A stretch of DNA of 64,000 nt, taken from assembly GCA_032718475.1 (NCBI GenBank), contig JAUCBJ010000732.1, positions 63,095 through 127,094 on the forward strand, read 5' to 3'. Below are positions 1 through 12,098 of the stretch, one piece after another. The stretch is from Nemertoderma westbladi (Eukaryota; Animalia; Xenacoelomorpha). A program made the translations under genes and the position numbers. Positions within the stretch are counted from its first letter, which is position 1. Each line of letters begins with the position of its first letter. Below the pieces are notes generated by a model. That model made no database searches. It was not told the DNA's origin and saw only the letters and a program-made list of their open reading frames with translations.

Positions 1-2815
1 TCCTAGAGTACTGCATGACTCTTTCTACAGATGTCATGGTTACATCTACGTCAGTTGATAGCATTACAGCAAATTCAACTGAAATAGACAATGATAGAAC
101 ATATGTCAAAGAGAGGTATGTCATGTTAGTATCTAGAAGAGAATCTGAGATTAATATACATAAACAGTAATTTATCATTGCAAACAAAGAACAGATGATA
201 TTAATGTTAATAGTGAGGAACATTTTCATTAGTTGAATCATGAACCAGGCTTCATTGTGTCTATCAAGGTGATTAAAAAACGTATTTCTGTAAGAATTTT
301 GCACTTTGTAAGAGTGTATCACAGGAAGTCCCTCCAGTGTTTGTGATATGTGATCAAATATAGGATTGCGAAGAACTCCCTCAATTCTCTTTACATCACG
401 CATAGGCCTCAATGTGATCTTCCGAACCCACCACAGCATTGCAATCAATGGGATAGTTGGTAAGAAAATCCATGGATTTACATATGCTGATATTATGATA
501 ATAATCGTTATATTAAATGATACATGCATAATATCTGTAAGTAGGTCAGGTAACATATCATCCATTACACCAATATCTTTGGAGAATCGGTTAAGAATTT
601 GCCCAATAGGTGTAAAATCAAAAAATTTCTTAGGAGCCTCAATGACTCTCTTGATTATGATGTTGTGCACTTTATGACTGGCTTTTAGAAATAGGGCATA
701 ACCTAGACAGAGACTGGCTATAGTAGTTAACCAATTAAAGGTAACGATTGCAAAGTACACAAATACTACCCAGTTCCATGTCAGCCATCCAAAAATTGTT
801 AGAATATTTGTCTTAGCTGCAACTATATACGCATTATGTGAATCTGCAGTGGCCCATCCTGCCAACCAATAATTAATAAATGGTTCGCTGCCGTGGCAAA
901 ATATAGACAGGAGCATCAATGATGTTGCCCTAGGAATGGTTATACCTGATTTCATATAATGCAAGTAAATATGTTTGCTAATGGAGCCCTTTTCAACAGG
1001 ATCTTTTGAAATCTCATTCAAATCTTCCATTATATTCAGAGTGACACTTGAAATTAACAGCCTATCTATGCTGTCTTCTGCATCTTTAGCATCGAATACA
1101 TTTTCTGAAAGAAAATCATTCCCATTAGTGCGTTTCATAAGCAAATGCAGTAAATCATATGTAACTGAATTAACTTCTGTTTGTTTACCATATGCCTTTA
1201 CCTTCCCTTTTTCTAAAAATAAAATGATATCAGCATTCAGTAAATGTTTACTATCATTAGTTACCAAAATTATAGATGAACACTTTGACATATATCCTAC
1301 CAAGCATTGCTCAAAAATAGCTCTTCCAACATTATTATCAAGTGATGAAAATGGATCATCTAATATGTAAATATCAGCACGCGAATATATGGCTCTACAC
1401 AAATTGATCCTAGCCTTCTGTCCACCAGATAGAGCTATCCCCTTTTCCCCAACAATAGTAAAGTCACTGTTGGGCATAGCTGCTATATCAGGTCTCAGTT
1501 CACACATATGAAGACATATATCGTACCATTCCTTCTCGAATTCTCTTTCAAATAAGATATTATCTCTTACTGTTCCACTAAATATCCATGGGGATTGGGG
1601 GACATATGCTACCTTTCCTGATAAAGTTACCGAACCGAATGTAACTGGAATTTCTCCTAAAATAGCTTGAAGCAAAGTTGTCTTCCCTGAACCAACTTGA
1701 CCAATAACAACTAACATTTCAGTGGCCTTCACTGATACATTGATGTTACTGATAATTTCTTCTCTGTCTAGGAAACCAGCAGATAAATTAGATAATAATA
1801 TTTCACCAACAGTGATTTCTTCTCTTTCTTCTGTTATACGCAATACGTCAAACAAGTTATCATGAGCTAAAAGAAATTTGTCAATCCTATGAAAGCTAAT
1901 ATATACTTCAGACATATTTCTTAATGCGATTCCTAATCGATCATATAAATGACATGAAAGATTAATAAGATACAGGCTGGAGAACACAGTTGTAGGATCT
2001 AAAACACCCCCAAGGCATGAGTAAGACACGAAGGCCAAGAATCCAACGAATACATTCAAGTCTATCCAATAAAAAGACCTCAAGTATAATATCTTGGAAA
2101 TTTGATTGATTTCATGTTTGCGTAATTTTTTGATGAAAGATATATAAACTTCCTCCCAAATATTCATCTTTATTACTGTGATTCCATGAATAATATCATC
2201 TATACTTGAAATCCTATTGTCAGTTAATAGAGCAGCTGTGGTTCTCATCTTAGCAAATAATTTTCCAATGCAAATCTGCAAAGGAACAATGAACAAAATC
2301 AAAAGTGCCACAATCCCTCCTGCTAAACCCAGCATGTATACAAGAATAAAAGCTATAAGTATATTTACTAAAGGAGACACTAACAAGAAACTAAAACTGC
2401 GGGACATTGTTTCTAAACGACCCAAATCATTTGAAACCAAATTAGTTATATGACCCACACTCGTATTTTTAAGGTCTGTAGTCGACAATGTAAGTATTTT
2501 ATCATAAATCAATGAACAGCATGCTGTTTGTATCTCAGTAAGTAAAAGAGTATTAAGCAATTTTGAATTGTTATTTGCTAATAATGATATTATATCTAGA
2601 AAAGCAATTAAGCACGTATACAAATAGGCATTTTGGGTAGAAATAGTACTATCTGGCATAAAGTATTTCAATATCTCACATAGAAGAATTGCCTTTATGG
2701 TCAAGCAACAATATCCCAGTAACATAATACTTGAGTTCTTCATGTAACACAGCCCGTAGGTTCGAATAATAACACATAGTAGAGATGTAGCATTCGGTTT
2801 TGTGTGAGACACTTC
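1..2815 (-). CDS. ABCC (MRP4/ABCC4-like) ABC transporter, exon 2 (TMD1-NBD1-TMD2), continues beyond the left window edge
   Basis: Acceptor TACAG| at 2816-2820 is followed by EVSHTKPNATSLLCVIIRTYG. The same frame carries Walker A GQVGSGKT (~1680-1703), signature LSGGQKARINL (~1402-1434), Walker B IYILDDPFSSLD (~1338-1375) and the end-of-TMD2 motif MTSVERVMQY (~8-37). The ORF track lists no stop-terminated ORF in this frame, consistent with it staying open to position 1. Confidence 0.93.
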
Positions 2816-3316
2816 CTGTAGAAATACAAAAAGGTTTAAGTTAGATGTAATATCGTGATTCATAATATTACAATTACCTGAAACACTCTTATCTATTCGA
2901 ATTACAATTAAAAATATTCAAAGATTCACATTTGCATCTATGATAAAATGCCATAAGTTTTTGTCTTACCATAAGGTGGCATTAGTGTCATTATCTTATT
3001 GACCATATCCACAACATTGTGTATTTGGTTATGATAAAAAAGAAATGGCGAATTAGAGTGTCACTAAACTATTTCATCCTTTTATTCAGATGGAAATAAA
3101 GTTATGTGTAAAATATAATATCAAATACAAAATCCCTATTCTAGAACTGCAAATATTAGGACCACTGTTTTGAGCCAAAGTGGCCACCAAACGCACTATT
3201 GATAGAATTGTCTTTATCTACTGTATCCTTGATTAAAATACAATAAGTAGCAAATTAAGAATAAATTACAGTTACATTTTCAATTAATGGTATTACATTA
3301 ATGGAAACATATTTAC

Positions 3317-3544
3317 CTTTCTCCAATTATTGCGAAGTTTTTCAAGACATATTCTGGAATCCAAGCATTGGGGAAGTGGACGATAGAATGTATCTGGAGT
3401 TACCAGCTTCTTGTAATGACGAATTAGGAATGGAAGTATGTAGAAATGCCATATCCTTAAGAGAGGATGTGTTGATAGATAATGGTTAGAATGACTTTCT
3501 GGTGGGTTAATTAATCGTTGTTTCTCCTCCAGATCCATTATCAT
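3317..3544 (-). CDS. ABCC (MRP4-like) transporter, coding exon 1 (N-terminal L0/lasso region, no TMD0)
   Basis: ATG at 3544 gives MIMDLEEKQ...LRIWHFYILPFLIRHYKK...DSRICLEKLRNNWRK. The donor AAG|GTAAAT at 3317/3316 splices in phase 0 to exon 2. The peptide resembles ABCC lasso-motif sequence (W..PL...YKK.L...D....W..E). Confidence 0.8.
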
Positions 3545-4689
3545 ATGGAGTTTGTTGAGGACCGCATTGGACTAGTTTGGTAGATTTTAATGACGCCACT
3601 AATAATTATTATTTAGCTTGTTGTCAACACCTAGGCAAACATCACCTAGTACAGTTTTTCATATAATAACCTAAGGCAACTGAAACCAGATAGCTTCTTT
3701 CTTGCAGCAGGGTTCGTCCCTGAAGACAAAGCTAACAAAACATCTTGTGATACATAATAAATAGGCTAGTTTAAAAAAAACCAGTACATCAATAAATAGC
3801 TAAAATAAATAGCCTACCATAGTTTATTTTCAACATTATGTCATTATTATTCTGCAATTATGAAACTTGATCGTTGAGAGATCAGATATTGATGTAAGAA
3901 CAATTTATTTATTTAATTTCCAAACAAGAAGTTAAAACATACTCGTAGGCATGTACTGTACATGCACGAGACTTAGCTTTGTGCAGTAATCTTCGATTCT
4001 ATGTTTTACATTATTCCAGATTTACAAAGGGCTGGTAGGTGAGAAGTACAGTAGTCTGGGCATACTTACTTAGTATAGCAATCATGGTGATTATATTATA
4101 TTCGGCTTAAAGTATCACAGATGAGTATAAAAGGGACCACCTATCGGATCAATTCACTCAAAAATTTTCCTTGCGACTGCCTGTAGTGCTCCCTATTTAG
4201 TGCAGTAATATGACTGACTGAGTTTGAAAGCACCCTAAAAATTTCAAAGTAAAAGGGAGAATTGATATTTAAATATTTTGTGGTCAGTCACTCTCTTAAC
4301 CAGGTCTACCGAAGTCTTTTGGTCAGTTATTTTTATAATTTAGATATTGTTGGTTGTGCTGTTATTTTCAAGTTTATTTAGATTGGTGCTATAATTTGTC
4401 TAGGTTCTGCTGTTTCCCCTGTTCACTTTCAAAATTGACAGGGCAGTATTAGTACTGCCTAAAGGAATTCAACTACTAGGTAGAGCGAACTAGGACAGTG
4501 GAAATGAGGTCCTTCAAGGTTTCCCGATTCTACATAGTTGTCCCACCATTTCGTTTTTCTCAAGTTCATTATCCCTTTCAAGCTGTTCTATATATGTTAT
4601 TATAGACGGCCATCCATGGGTTCACTTTCCATGTGTTGGTTGCCAAAGAAAGTGAATCTGGTATGACCTCGTCTTCACTTCTCCAGAAG

Positions 4690-5250
4690 TGCCCACTGAA
4701 TCATAATTTGCAATTACAGAGGGAAACAAAGGTACAAGAGTACACAAAACACAAAAGTACACTTTCCACTGTGGCTCAAAATAACATAGTCTTCAGGTGC
4801 ATGGAGAGGTCTGATTTCCAGATGGTATATATTTTTGATAGAGCCACCTATGCCTTTGCTTTCCTAACTTCTATGTATTTTTTGCTACTCTCTATCCAAT
4901 CCATGATCCAAGGTACTGGAAGTCGTCAACTTTCCTTAGTTGATTATTATCACTTGTAGTTTCCATAAACGTTAAAAGTCATAAATTCTGTGGTCTTGGT
5001 AGCATTTATATCAAACCCCCTTAGCAGCCCTCTCTACTTTATTCAATAGAAGCCGTGCATCTGCTGTGATTCCTAATTAAATATAGAATCATTTTCTTGT
5101 ATATTTTGGCAGCTACCACAAGCAGACAGATCCCACGATAGTTTGTTGATCCCCCAAGGTCTCCTTTCTTAGGGAGAGGCTTTAGTTGACCTTTAGTCCA
5201 AATTGGTGGTGGCCTTTCCCCTTCAGCATCCGGTTGCAAACATCCAATAA
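4690..5250 (-). mobile_element. Degenerate non-LTR retrotransposon (RTE-like) reverse transcriptase fragments
   Basis: WTKGQLKPLPKKGDLGGSTNYRGICLLVVAAKIYKKMIL matches the LINE RT domain-0/1 motif PLPKKGD....NYRGISLL...KI. The 4700-4900 segment gives 'RKAKA*VALSKIYTIWKSDLSMHLKTMLF*ATVESVLL', like an RTE C-terminal region, with stops. Boundaries approximate. Confidence 0.75.
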
Positions 5251-5305
5251 TGGTGTGTTTCGTGTCCTGCTTTCCATAGCTCCGCAGGGATTTCATTTTA
5301 TTTCG

Positions 5306-5494
5306 TTAGACCACACTCATGACTCATCGCTTAGGAATGTGACACCCATAGGGTGTCATTGGGTGTCTTCAATTAATTAGTACATATAATCCCTAATAGG
5401 TGTCTTACGACTCCTAATTCGGGTTTAATTCATTATTCTAATTAATCAGACCGTTTAGCGCCCTGACACCCAATGGGTCATGAGTGTTGTCTAA
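5306..5494. mobile_element. Small MITE-like element with terminal inverted repeats
   Basis: Left end TTAGACCACACTCATGAC; the right end GTCATGAGTGTTGTCTAA reverse-complements to TTAGACAACACTCATGAC (1 mismatch in 18). Internal TGACACCCA/TGGGTGTC inverted motifs. Confidence 0.6.
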
Positions 5495-5794
5495 CTGTCA
5501 CAAAGAGGACCAAAGTGAGACCACTACCCTCTTATTTATTACTATTTATTTGTATTTAATTTTAAATTAATTAATTGCATTACTTCTAGTTTATTTAATT
5601 GTATTACTTTTACTTAATTTAATTATATTACCTATTTAATTTATAAATTGATTTCTATTTTTAGAATTAACAATAAATAGTTTTATTTATTACTTACCGA
5701 ATGACCTCCTATGTTGTAATTATAAAAACGCAACTGGCCCTTGCGTTACTTGGGCCCTCCATCTACAGTAATTATAATTAATAATTACAATCCA

Positions 5795-6180
5795 CCTAGG
5801 TTTAAACTTGGTAGGCATCTACTATAGCATAGGCTATACTTTACCTAGGAGGTTGATCGATCCGCAGTACTCCAGTCTGCCACTAGAAGGCAAAATGTTT
5901 CAAAGTGAAAACCTTATCTAATTTGGTTGTTTTTAATCCTTTTGAGCTGAAACTTGAAAGACATCTACTACAGAATAGGCTATACTTCACCGAGGAGGTT
6001 GATCAACCCGCAGTTTTTCCAGTCTATCGCTAGAGCGCGAATTGTCTGATAGTGAAAACCGGATCTCATTTCATTGTTTCTAATCCATTTAGGCTGAAAG
6101 TTGGCAGGTATCTACTATGGCATAGGCTGTACTTTACTAAGGAGGTTGATCGACCCGCAGTTCTCTAGTCTGCTGTTAAA
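5795..6180. repeat. About 2.6 diverged copies of a ~147-bp tandem repeat
   Basis: Recurrent ATCTACTA..ATAGGCT.TACTT.AC...GGAGGTTGATC.A.CCGCAG at about 5816, 5962 and 6110. Confidence 0.7.
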
Positions 6181-6224
6181 GACTCGGATTTAAGACCAGA
6201 GGCAGTCCTAAAGTCTCGAGTTTT

Positions 6225-6440
6225 AGGTCTGAGGCATAGTCTGGTCCTCAGTGAGGCATCTGGGCCTCGGTGAGGCATAGTCTTGCCTTCAGTGAGGCAT
6301 AGTCTGGGCCTCAGTCTGGTGTGGCTCTTGTTGGTGCTGGTTCAATATTATTCTAGTTTGGCTCTTATTTGTGCTGGTACAATATTATTCTACTGTGGCT
6401 CTTGTTTGTGCTGGTACAATATTATTCTACTGTGGCTCTG
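6225..6440. repeat. Two short minisatellites (~22-bp TGAGGCATAGTCTGG.CCTCAG; ~37-bp TGTGGCTCTTGTTTGTGCTGGTACAATATTATTCTAC x3)
   Basis: Directly visible repeated words. Confidence 0.7.
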
Positions 6441-7529
6441 GTAGGTGGATCTTTGGACCATGATGTGACTATGGAAGGAGTTCAAACAAGTGATCATTGA
6501 AATTAATTAATTAATAATTAATTGGAAAATAATTCCCACTTACAAAAGGGAAATGTGAATGAATAACGAACGTTACAAGTGTATCAGATACCCTGTGTTA
6601 TATAAATGGAGGGGACATGGGCATGGGCGGGCATGCGCAGTTTGGATATTGTCAAAACAAACCAGGCCTGGGTATGAGGCTGCCATATAGACATAACCTT
6701 CGAACGAACCGTCCGCTGACCGGCCACATTACTAGAAACAACATATAATTGGCCTGGGACTATAATCATCACAATCGTATCCATCTATATTGGATAAATC
6801 GAAGAACAGAGTCTTCACTTCGCCAATACAGTGGCTGTATTGACTTGGGGTACCATGCAGTGGAAAGTATGTCCCCCACGTTTTCATACTACTGTACTGT
6901 AACAGGTAAGATGCATAGCAAACAAATAAATTACATTTATTGAAGTAAGTAAAAATTTAGTTTACACACTAAGGTAAGTATTTATCAAAAGTTTTATAGT
7001 ACAGTAATACTGTATATTGTAAATGATCGCCTTCACCTTTGCTAAAAACCAGCACTTGTCTTTCCTTATTACTTCTTTTATTGCGGCCTCAAATTATGTC
7101 ACTGCTGTAGAGCACAATCGAATAATCGGATCGAAATGTAAAGGTTCTTAAAGGCTTCCTTTGGCATTCTGCCCAAACTTCTTAGTCAAAATTATAGCTT
7201 CTTGTGCAAACCCCTGCTACTAAATTTAGGAAAAGTTTCGGTATTTATTTTGTGATTTTTGTTATAATCTTTTCTGTACTTATTGGTTAATAATAAGTCA
7301 ATTTATCTTTCTCCCGAATTTCTCTTAACGTTTGATTTCTACTTCCATTCAACTTCCTGGGTGCTGTCACTGTGTTGCGACACCCTAGGGCGACAGGCTT
7401 CTTCTATTCAACTTTCATTCAGTCATTTCAAAGGCCTAGGCCTACTTAAACTCAGATATCGCCACACGATACTTCCCTTCCTAGTCCAAGTATGCCACAC
7501 TTCGAACTGGATACACTTAACAATGGAGA

Positions 7530-9980
7530 ACTTCACTGAGTCTACTCTGAGAGGTTGAAAGAAATCCACTAAGGGTGCTATTATGGCACAGATTTGGGAA
7601 ATCTGTGCCCTCAACCCAACGACGGACAAACTGAAGGCGGATGTCACCCTCAACTCTACTTGCTTGTAGCAACGTAAAGCAACACTCCTCGATATCTTCG
7701 AGCTGCTACTTCTGAAGACTGCTGACGAAGGGCCGCCGAACTTCTTTCCGATGAGATGGAGTCGGAACTCGTCCTCGAGCATCCTCGAGGCCGAACTCCA
7801 CCTTCATCCGCTTCGAGGGCTGCTCTCCGCCAATGACCCGCCTTCTCCCGCCGACTGCGATTCAGTTGCGCCCTCTACTTCTGGTGTTGAGGCCCTTCTG
7901 TCAGCTTCGACTCTCCCAAAACTGTCTCTCCCCATGTTCTCTGGCAATCCTATGGATTGGAGACAGTTTCACGACCAGTTCATCGATATGTCTACTGTTT
8001 CACCTGCCACCAAGTTCGTCCATGTAAAGAACTGCCTCCGGGGTCCCGCTCTCACCGCCATGCAGGGCATCAAGTATGGTGGCGGAGCCTATGCCGCAGC
8101 CACTAAGGAACTGATTTCGCGGTTCGGGCTACCGAACGTTCTGATCGCACTCTACAGCCAGCGGATTGTGAATGCCCAAGCGGTCATGACCGACAGTCTA
8201 GACTAGTTATGAACTTTAGTGGATACCTTCTCTTCCTCCGTTCGGGAGTTAGAGTCTCTCTTCGAAGAAGTAGAGAAAACCGGACTCAATAGGGACCGAT
8301 CCCCATGCGCCTTCTCTATGAATCTAGCTGATCTCCTCCTGGCTCCGCAGCTGCTCTCAAAGCTGCCCAAGTTGATCGTCCTGGAGTGGAACTGTAGGAA
8401 CGCCGAGCCTATGGGACGTCACAACCTTGAAGCGGTACTAGATTTCCTAAAGGCCGAACTGGAGGGCCTGGAATCGTATCACCAGTCGGGTGAACCTCCC
8501 AGACTACCCATCCATCTACGAACCCAAACCAGCTGCACGCAAACCTTTGGTTAACTTCTCTTCCAAAATGCTGCGCCCCCCTAGCATTAAGGACACTCCA
8601 CCCAGAGATCGACATGCGGCCGTTCGCTCACAGAATCTCTGCACTAACTGCCTGGCATCGGGCCACTATGTTTCCGACTGCCCCCAACCGCCTAACTGAA
8701 GGACTTGCTCTCAGAAGCACCATGGACTCCTTCACCATGATCTTACTTCCCCCCCTAGGGGATTCTCTTGAGTCAGCTCGTTCGCCCCGTCGGGTGGACA
8801 CCGAACATCCCACTCTGCATCATCACATCCTCCCATGGATCCCTTGGTGCCGGAATTCCGACCCCCTCTGGTAAAGACTACTGTGGCTTGCCGACAAACG
8901 GAAACTGCCCACCTGCAGACTGCCGTGGTGACCACGAGCGACCACTGCCGAACTACTACTAGGAGGATCAGACTCCTCCTCGACACCGACTCGGAGGAGT
9001 CTTATATAACTTCCGAGCTCGCTTCCTTTCTCGGGCTGAGGATCCGGGGTACGGCTTCCTTTGCCTCCGAGGCGTTCAGTGGCATTGTCTCACCCACCCT
9101 GGATCGCTGCCAGGTGGACCTTCTGCTCAGCAAGGGCAACTCTTCCCTCAGTGTGACAGCCTGGGTAGTCGACACTATCTGTTCCCCCCTGGTCCACAGA
9201 ACCTTAGAGCCACTGACTGGCTCACGATTGACCTTGTGGACCCTGACCCCTCAGATCTCCATCCTACCGACTTCCTCATTGGAGCACTGCAGCTGCTCAC
9301 TGCAGCATGCCGATCCTAGTAGTAGTAGACTTCCTCATTGGTGCAGACCTCTTCCCACATATTCTCCTCCCTGGAATAATGGTCGAGGATGGGGTGATGG
9401 TGCAGAACACAATCTTTGGTTGGACTCTTCTAGGACGCCATTCCTCTATGAGACCAAGACTCTCTCGGTCCTTCCGCATCTGTACCAGGGGACTGGACGT
9501 CCTATGGGACCTGGAGACCATTGGAATTACGCCCGAGACTGATGACAAAGCCTCAGACTCCTTTGACCACCCACACCTTTTTGGGGGTCGTTTCGAAATA
9601 GACCTCCCCTGGATCGACGAGCGCCGCCCAGCGAGTAACTATAGTCGAGTCCCCCCGCGCCGACTCACTCCCAACCATCTCGAAGGACTCAAGTCCCGCA
9701 TGAGTCCCTGGGGTACACCGAGAGACTCGCGTCTCCACCCCCACTGCTTACTTATTGCCACACCATGCCGTGGTGCAGCATATAAGACACGAATTGTCTT
9801 CGACGGCGCCCGGAAGTCACCCAATGTGTTCGCGCTTTCAGACCTTTGGCAGTTTAACCCGCCAAATTAGGATGTCTTCTAGATAATAAATCGCTTTTAG
9901 CCTCTGACAAGTATTTGATTCACTACACTAGTTGAAACCAATCTGTGCGCGATCATTCACCCGCTGGATATACCCGGGAG
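7530..9980 (+). mobile_element. Degenerate BEL/Pao LTR retrotransposon (gag-protease-start of RT)
   Basis: Gag DUF1759-like KLSLPMFSGNPMDWRQFHDQF; zinc knuckle LCTNCLASGHYVSDC; protease RLLLDTDSEESYIT; DFLIGADLF...QNTIFGWTLLG; WDLETIGI; Pao RT start KTRIVFDGA. The coding sequence is broken by stops and frameshifts. Boundaries approximate and no LTR pair identified. Confidence 0.88.
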
Positions 9981-11099
9981 ATTGACTTCGACGGCTTAAT
10001 CGTATTGCTATGTAAGCCTACTGTATTATTCGACTGATCGTGTTATATAATCTCTGACAATATTATTCACCTTCGGGGAATATTAGCAGTTCCTTTAGGA
10101 CGTGGCGCTCTATCTATATAAACAGAGTTATGACTTAAACTACTCACAACGATATGGCTTAGTTATAATTCACATATATGGCGCATTCTTTAGGAAATGC
10201 TTCGTTATCAGTCTCACTCATACACAATGCTGCACAATACTGCACACTGATCTGCCGATCTTCACTGATTTTAGTCACATATAAAAGGAACACGGACCGA
10301 CTCATGTAGGGTCTATCAAATAACATTAGATTCACTTCAAACCACTTTAACATAAGTCGCAATCGTTATATGTAACCTGTCTCTCTTACCTTCGGTATAT
10401 CAAGAATATTGGGGTTTCGGGGTTATTTCTCGTTATTCCAATATAATATTTCATCACCATATAATGAATAATCGACAGTAAATAGCAGTATAACAATATA
10501 AAAGTATGTACAACAAGATATATGCATTGCCCAGTTGAGTTAGGTTAGTAGGTAAGTATTGAGTTGCACAGATAACGGATATATGTCCTTATAATTAAGC
10601 CTACTAGTGTTAGGCTAAAAGCAGAACAGCACAAAAATATTCCAAAGCCGTTCTTCCTGGCTCAGGACAGAATGATAACACTGCCCATAATGCATTGCGT
10701 GATTTCTCGGAAATTTCTGTACAAGAGCAGTAAAAACGCTCTGATTGGTTGACTGAACTAAGAGACACCGTAGAACAAAGAAAATCGACACAGTATGAAT
10801 ATCAGCTGTTAACCGTCGTCATAGTAACTACTGTTCAAGAGTATCTAGCCCCTTTTGCGTCACGGAATTGCCATAGAATCATCAACTATGCCTTCCACAA
10901 TACACATACGGAAGAAATAGCTCTTAGATCCTCTAAAAACACCGATACAGCAATAATACGGCCTCTTACACCTATTAAACCAACTACAGAGTATTTTACG
11001 GGAAAAATAAGGAAAAATAACCGGGCAATTCCGCAAAAGCTTTTACACCGCTCCCAGAAAATGGGATTTTCAGTCTATAAAATATAAAAATCACAGTTT

Positions 11100-11760
11100 C
11101 TAAAACATAAAGATACTCTAAACAGTTAGTTTTCTTTGCGCGGACGGCGTTTACGCAGTTTCCCGAGGCTAGCCAGAGTCCTTTTCTCTTTGGGGCGAGC
11201 CACTTTACTAGGAAGGCTATAACTCCTGGGTAAAGGGTGCAATACAATTGCATTAGAAGGTTTGGGTTACGGTCGGTGTCTCGCCCATTTCGATATGCTT
11301 CTCCTCGATCCGATTTTCCTCAGCTTGACGTTGGATACGTTCGTCCAAAACTCTCGCAGAGAATAGGGTTGTCTAAGTTCGATATCTTCTTAGAGATGCG
11401 AGATTTCCCAATCGAACTGAGATAAAGACAATTCGTTTATCGCTTGGACTTGCTGTTATAACTTACGTTTATCTGAACAAACGCAGGTTTCCTTTCTGAT
11501 CTTTGTAGAATAGCGTTTAACTAGTTTCGCACAACGTTCTCCTTCACCTTGATGAAGGGTTGTATCACGTTAAACTGGGACAACCATACGGTTGGATAGT
11601 GATATTAGGTGTCCGCGTCACAATCCGGCTAGGTAAGATGGGCGGCTAGCTAGAAATCACTGTCGGAGTGTTACCGATTAATTGTTAGGGTAGCACTAGA
11701 TCTTTGAACAGTGAATACAGTCCGCGAGGATCCGCGACACCACCAGGATGGCAGGTCTGA
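11100..11760 (-). mobile_element. Possible Polinton/Maverick-like (rve) integrase relic with chromodomain-like tail, heavily decayed
   Basis: Collinear fragments across frameshifts: HPGGVADPRGLY (cf. P.SFGGV..LY), LNAILQRSERKPAFVQ (cf. F..IL..GRKP..LQTD), LCESFGRT (cf. AERFNRT), FLVKWL (cf. chromodomain YLVKW). Motif resemblance only. Confidence 0.4.
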
Positions 11761-12098
11761 GGTCCAACTAAGGAATGAGGAGGTTCGACCGAGTATTCCG
11801 GGACTCTGATCGTAGGTTTACTCAAGGATCGTTCGAGCCGAGTGAGCATAGGTGATACGTCAAACAAGTTTCGCTCGAAACTCCAGTAAATATAACGAGC
11901 ACAACTGTGTTTAACACAACGTTTCCGTGGATGTTTATGTCTTTCCGTTTATTGGCTGGGTCCAGGGCATTTATCGTAATAATACCAAAGACGCACGTCT
12001 GGTAGGGGAAACGCGGATGATATTTATTTGTTGTTACAATGCTTCTATCAAGAATTCCAAATATATGTTGGAGTTACCGCGTTTATTTGTTTCTTTAA

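Noticed and set aside
366-2453. Plus-strand ORFs 366-677, 975-1370 and 2217-2453
   Set aside because: Antisense shadows of the ABCC coding exon.
6584-6910. Moderately GC-rich patch with short ORFs and a CAG|GTAAG donor at 6905, considered as the missing 5' exon of the CKAP5-like gene
   Set aside because: No recognisable protein motif or TOG similarity in the frames I read. It cannot be linked to 22901 without transcripts.
7018-7375. Candidate 5' LTR and primer-binding site of the first BEL/Pao element
   Set aside because: No second LTR copy in the window, and the PBS-like word is too degenerate.
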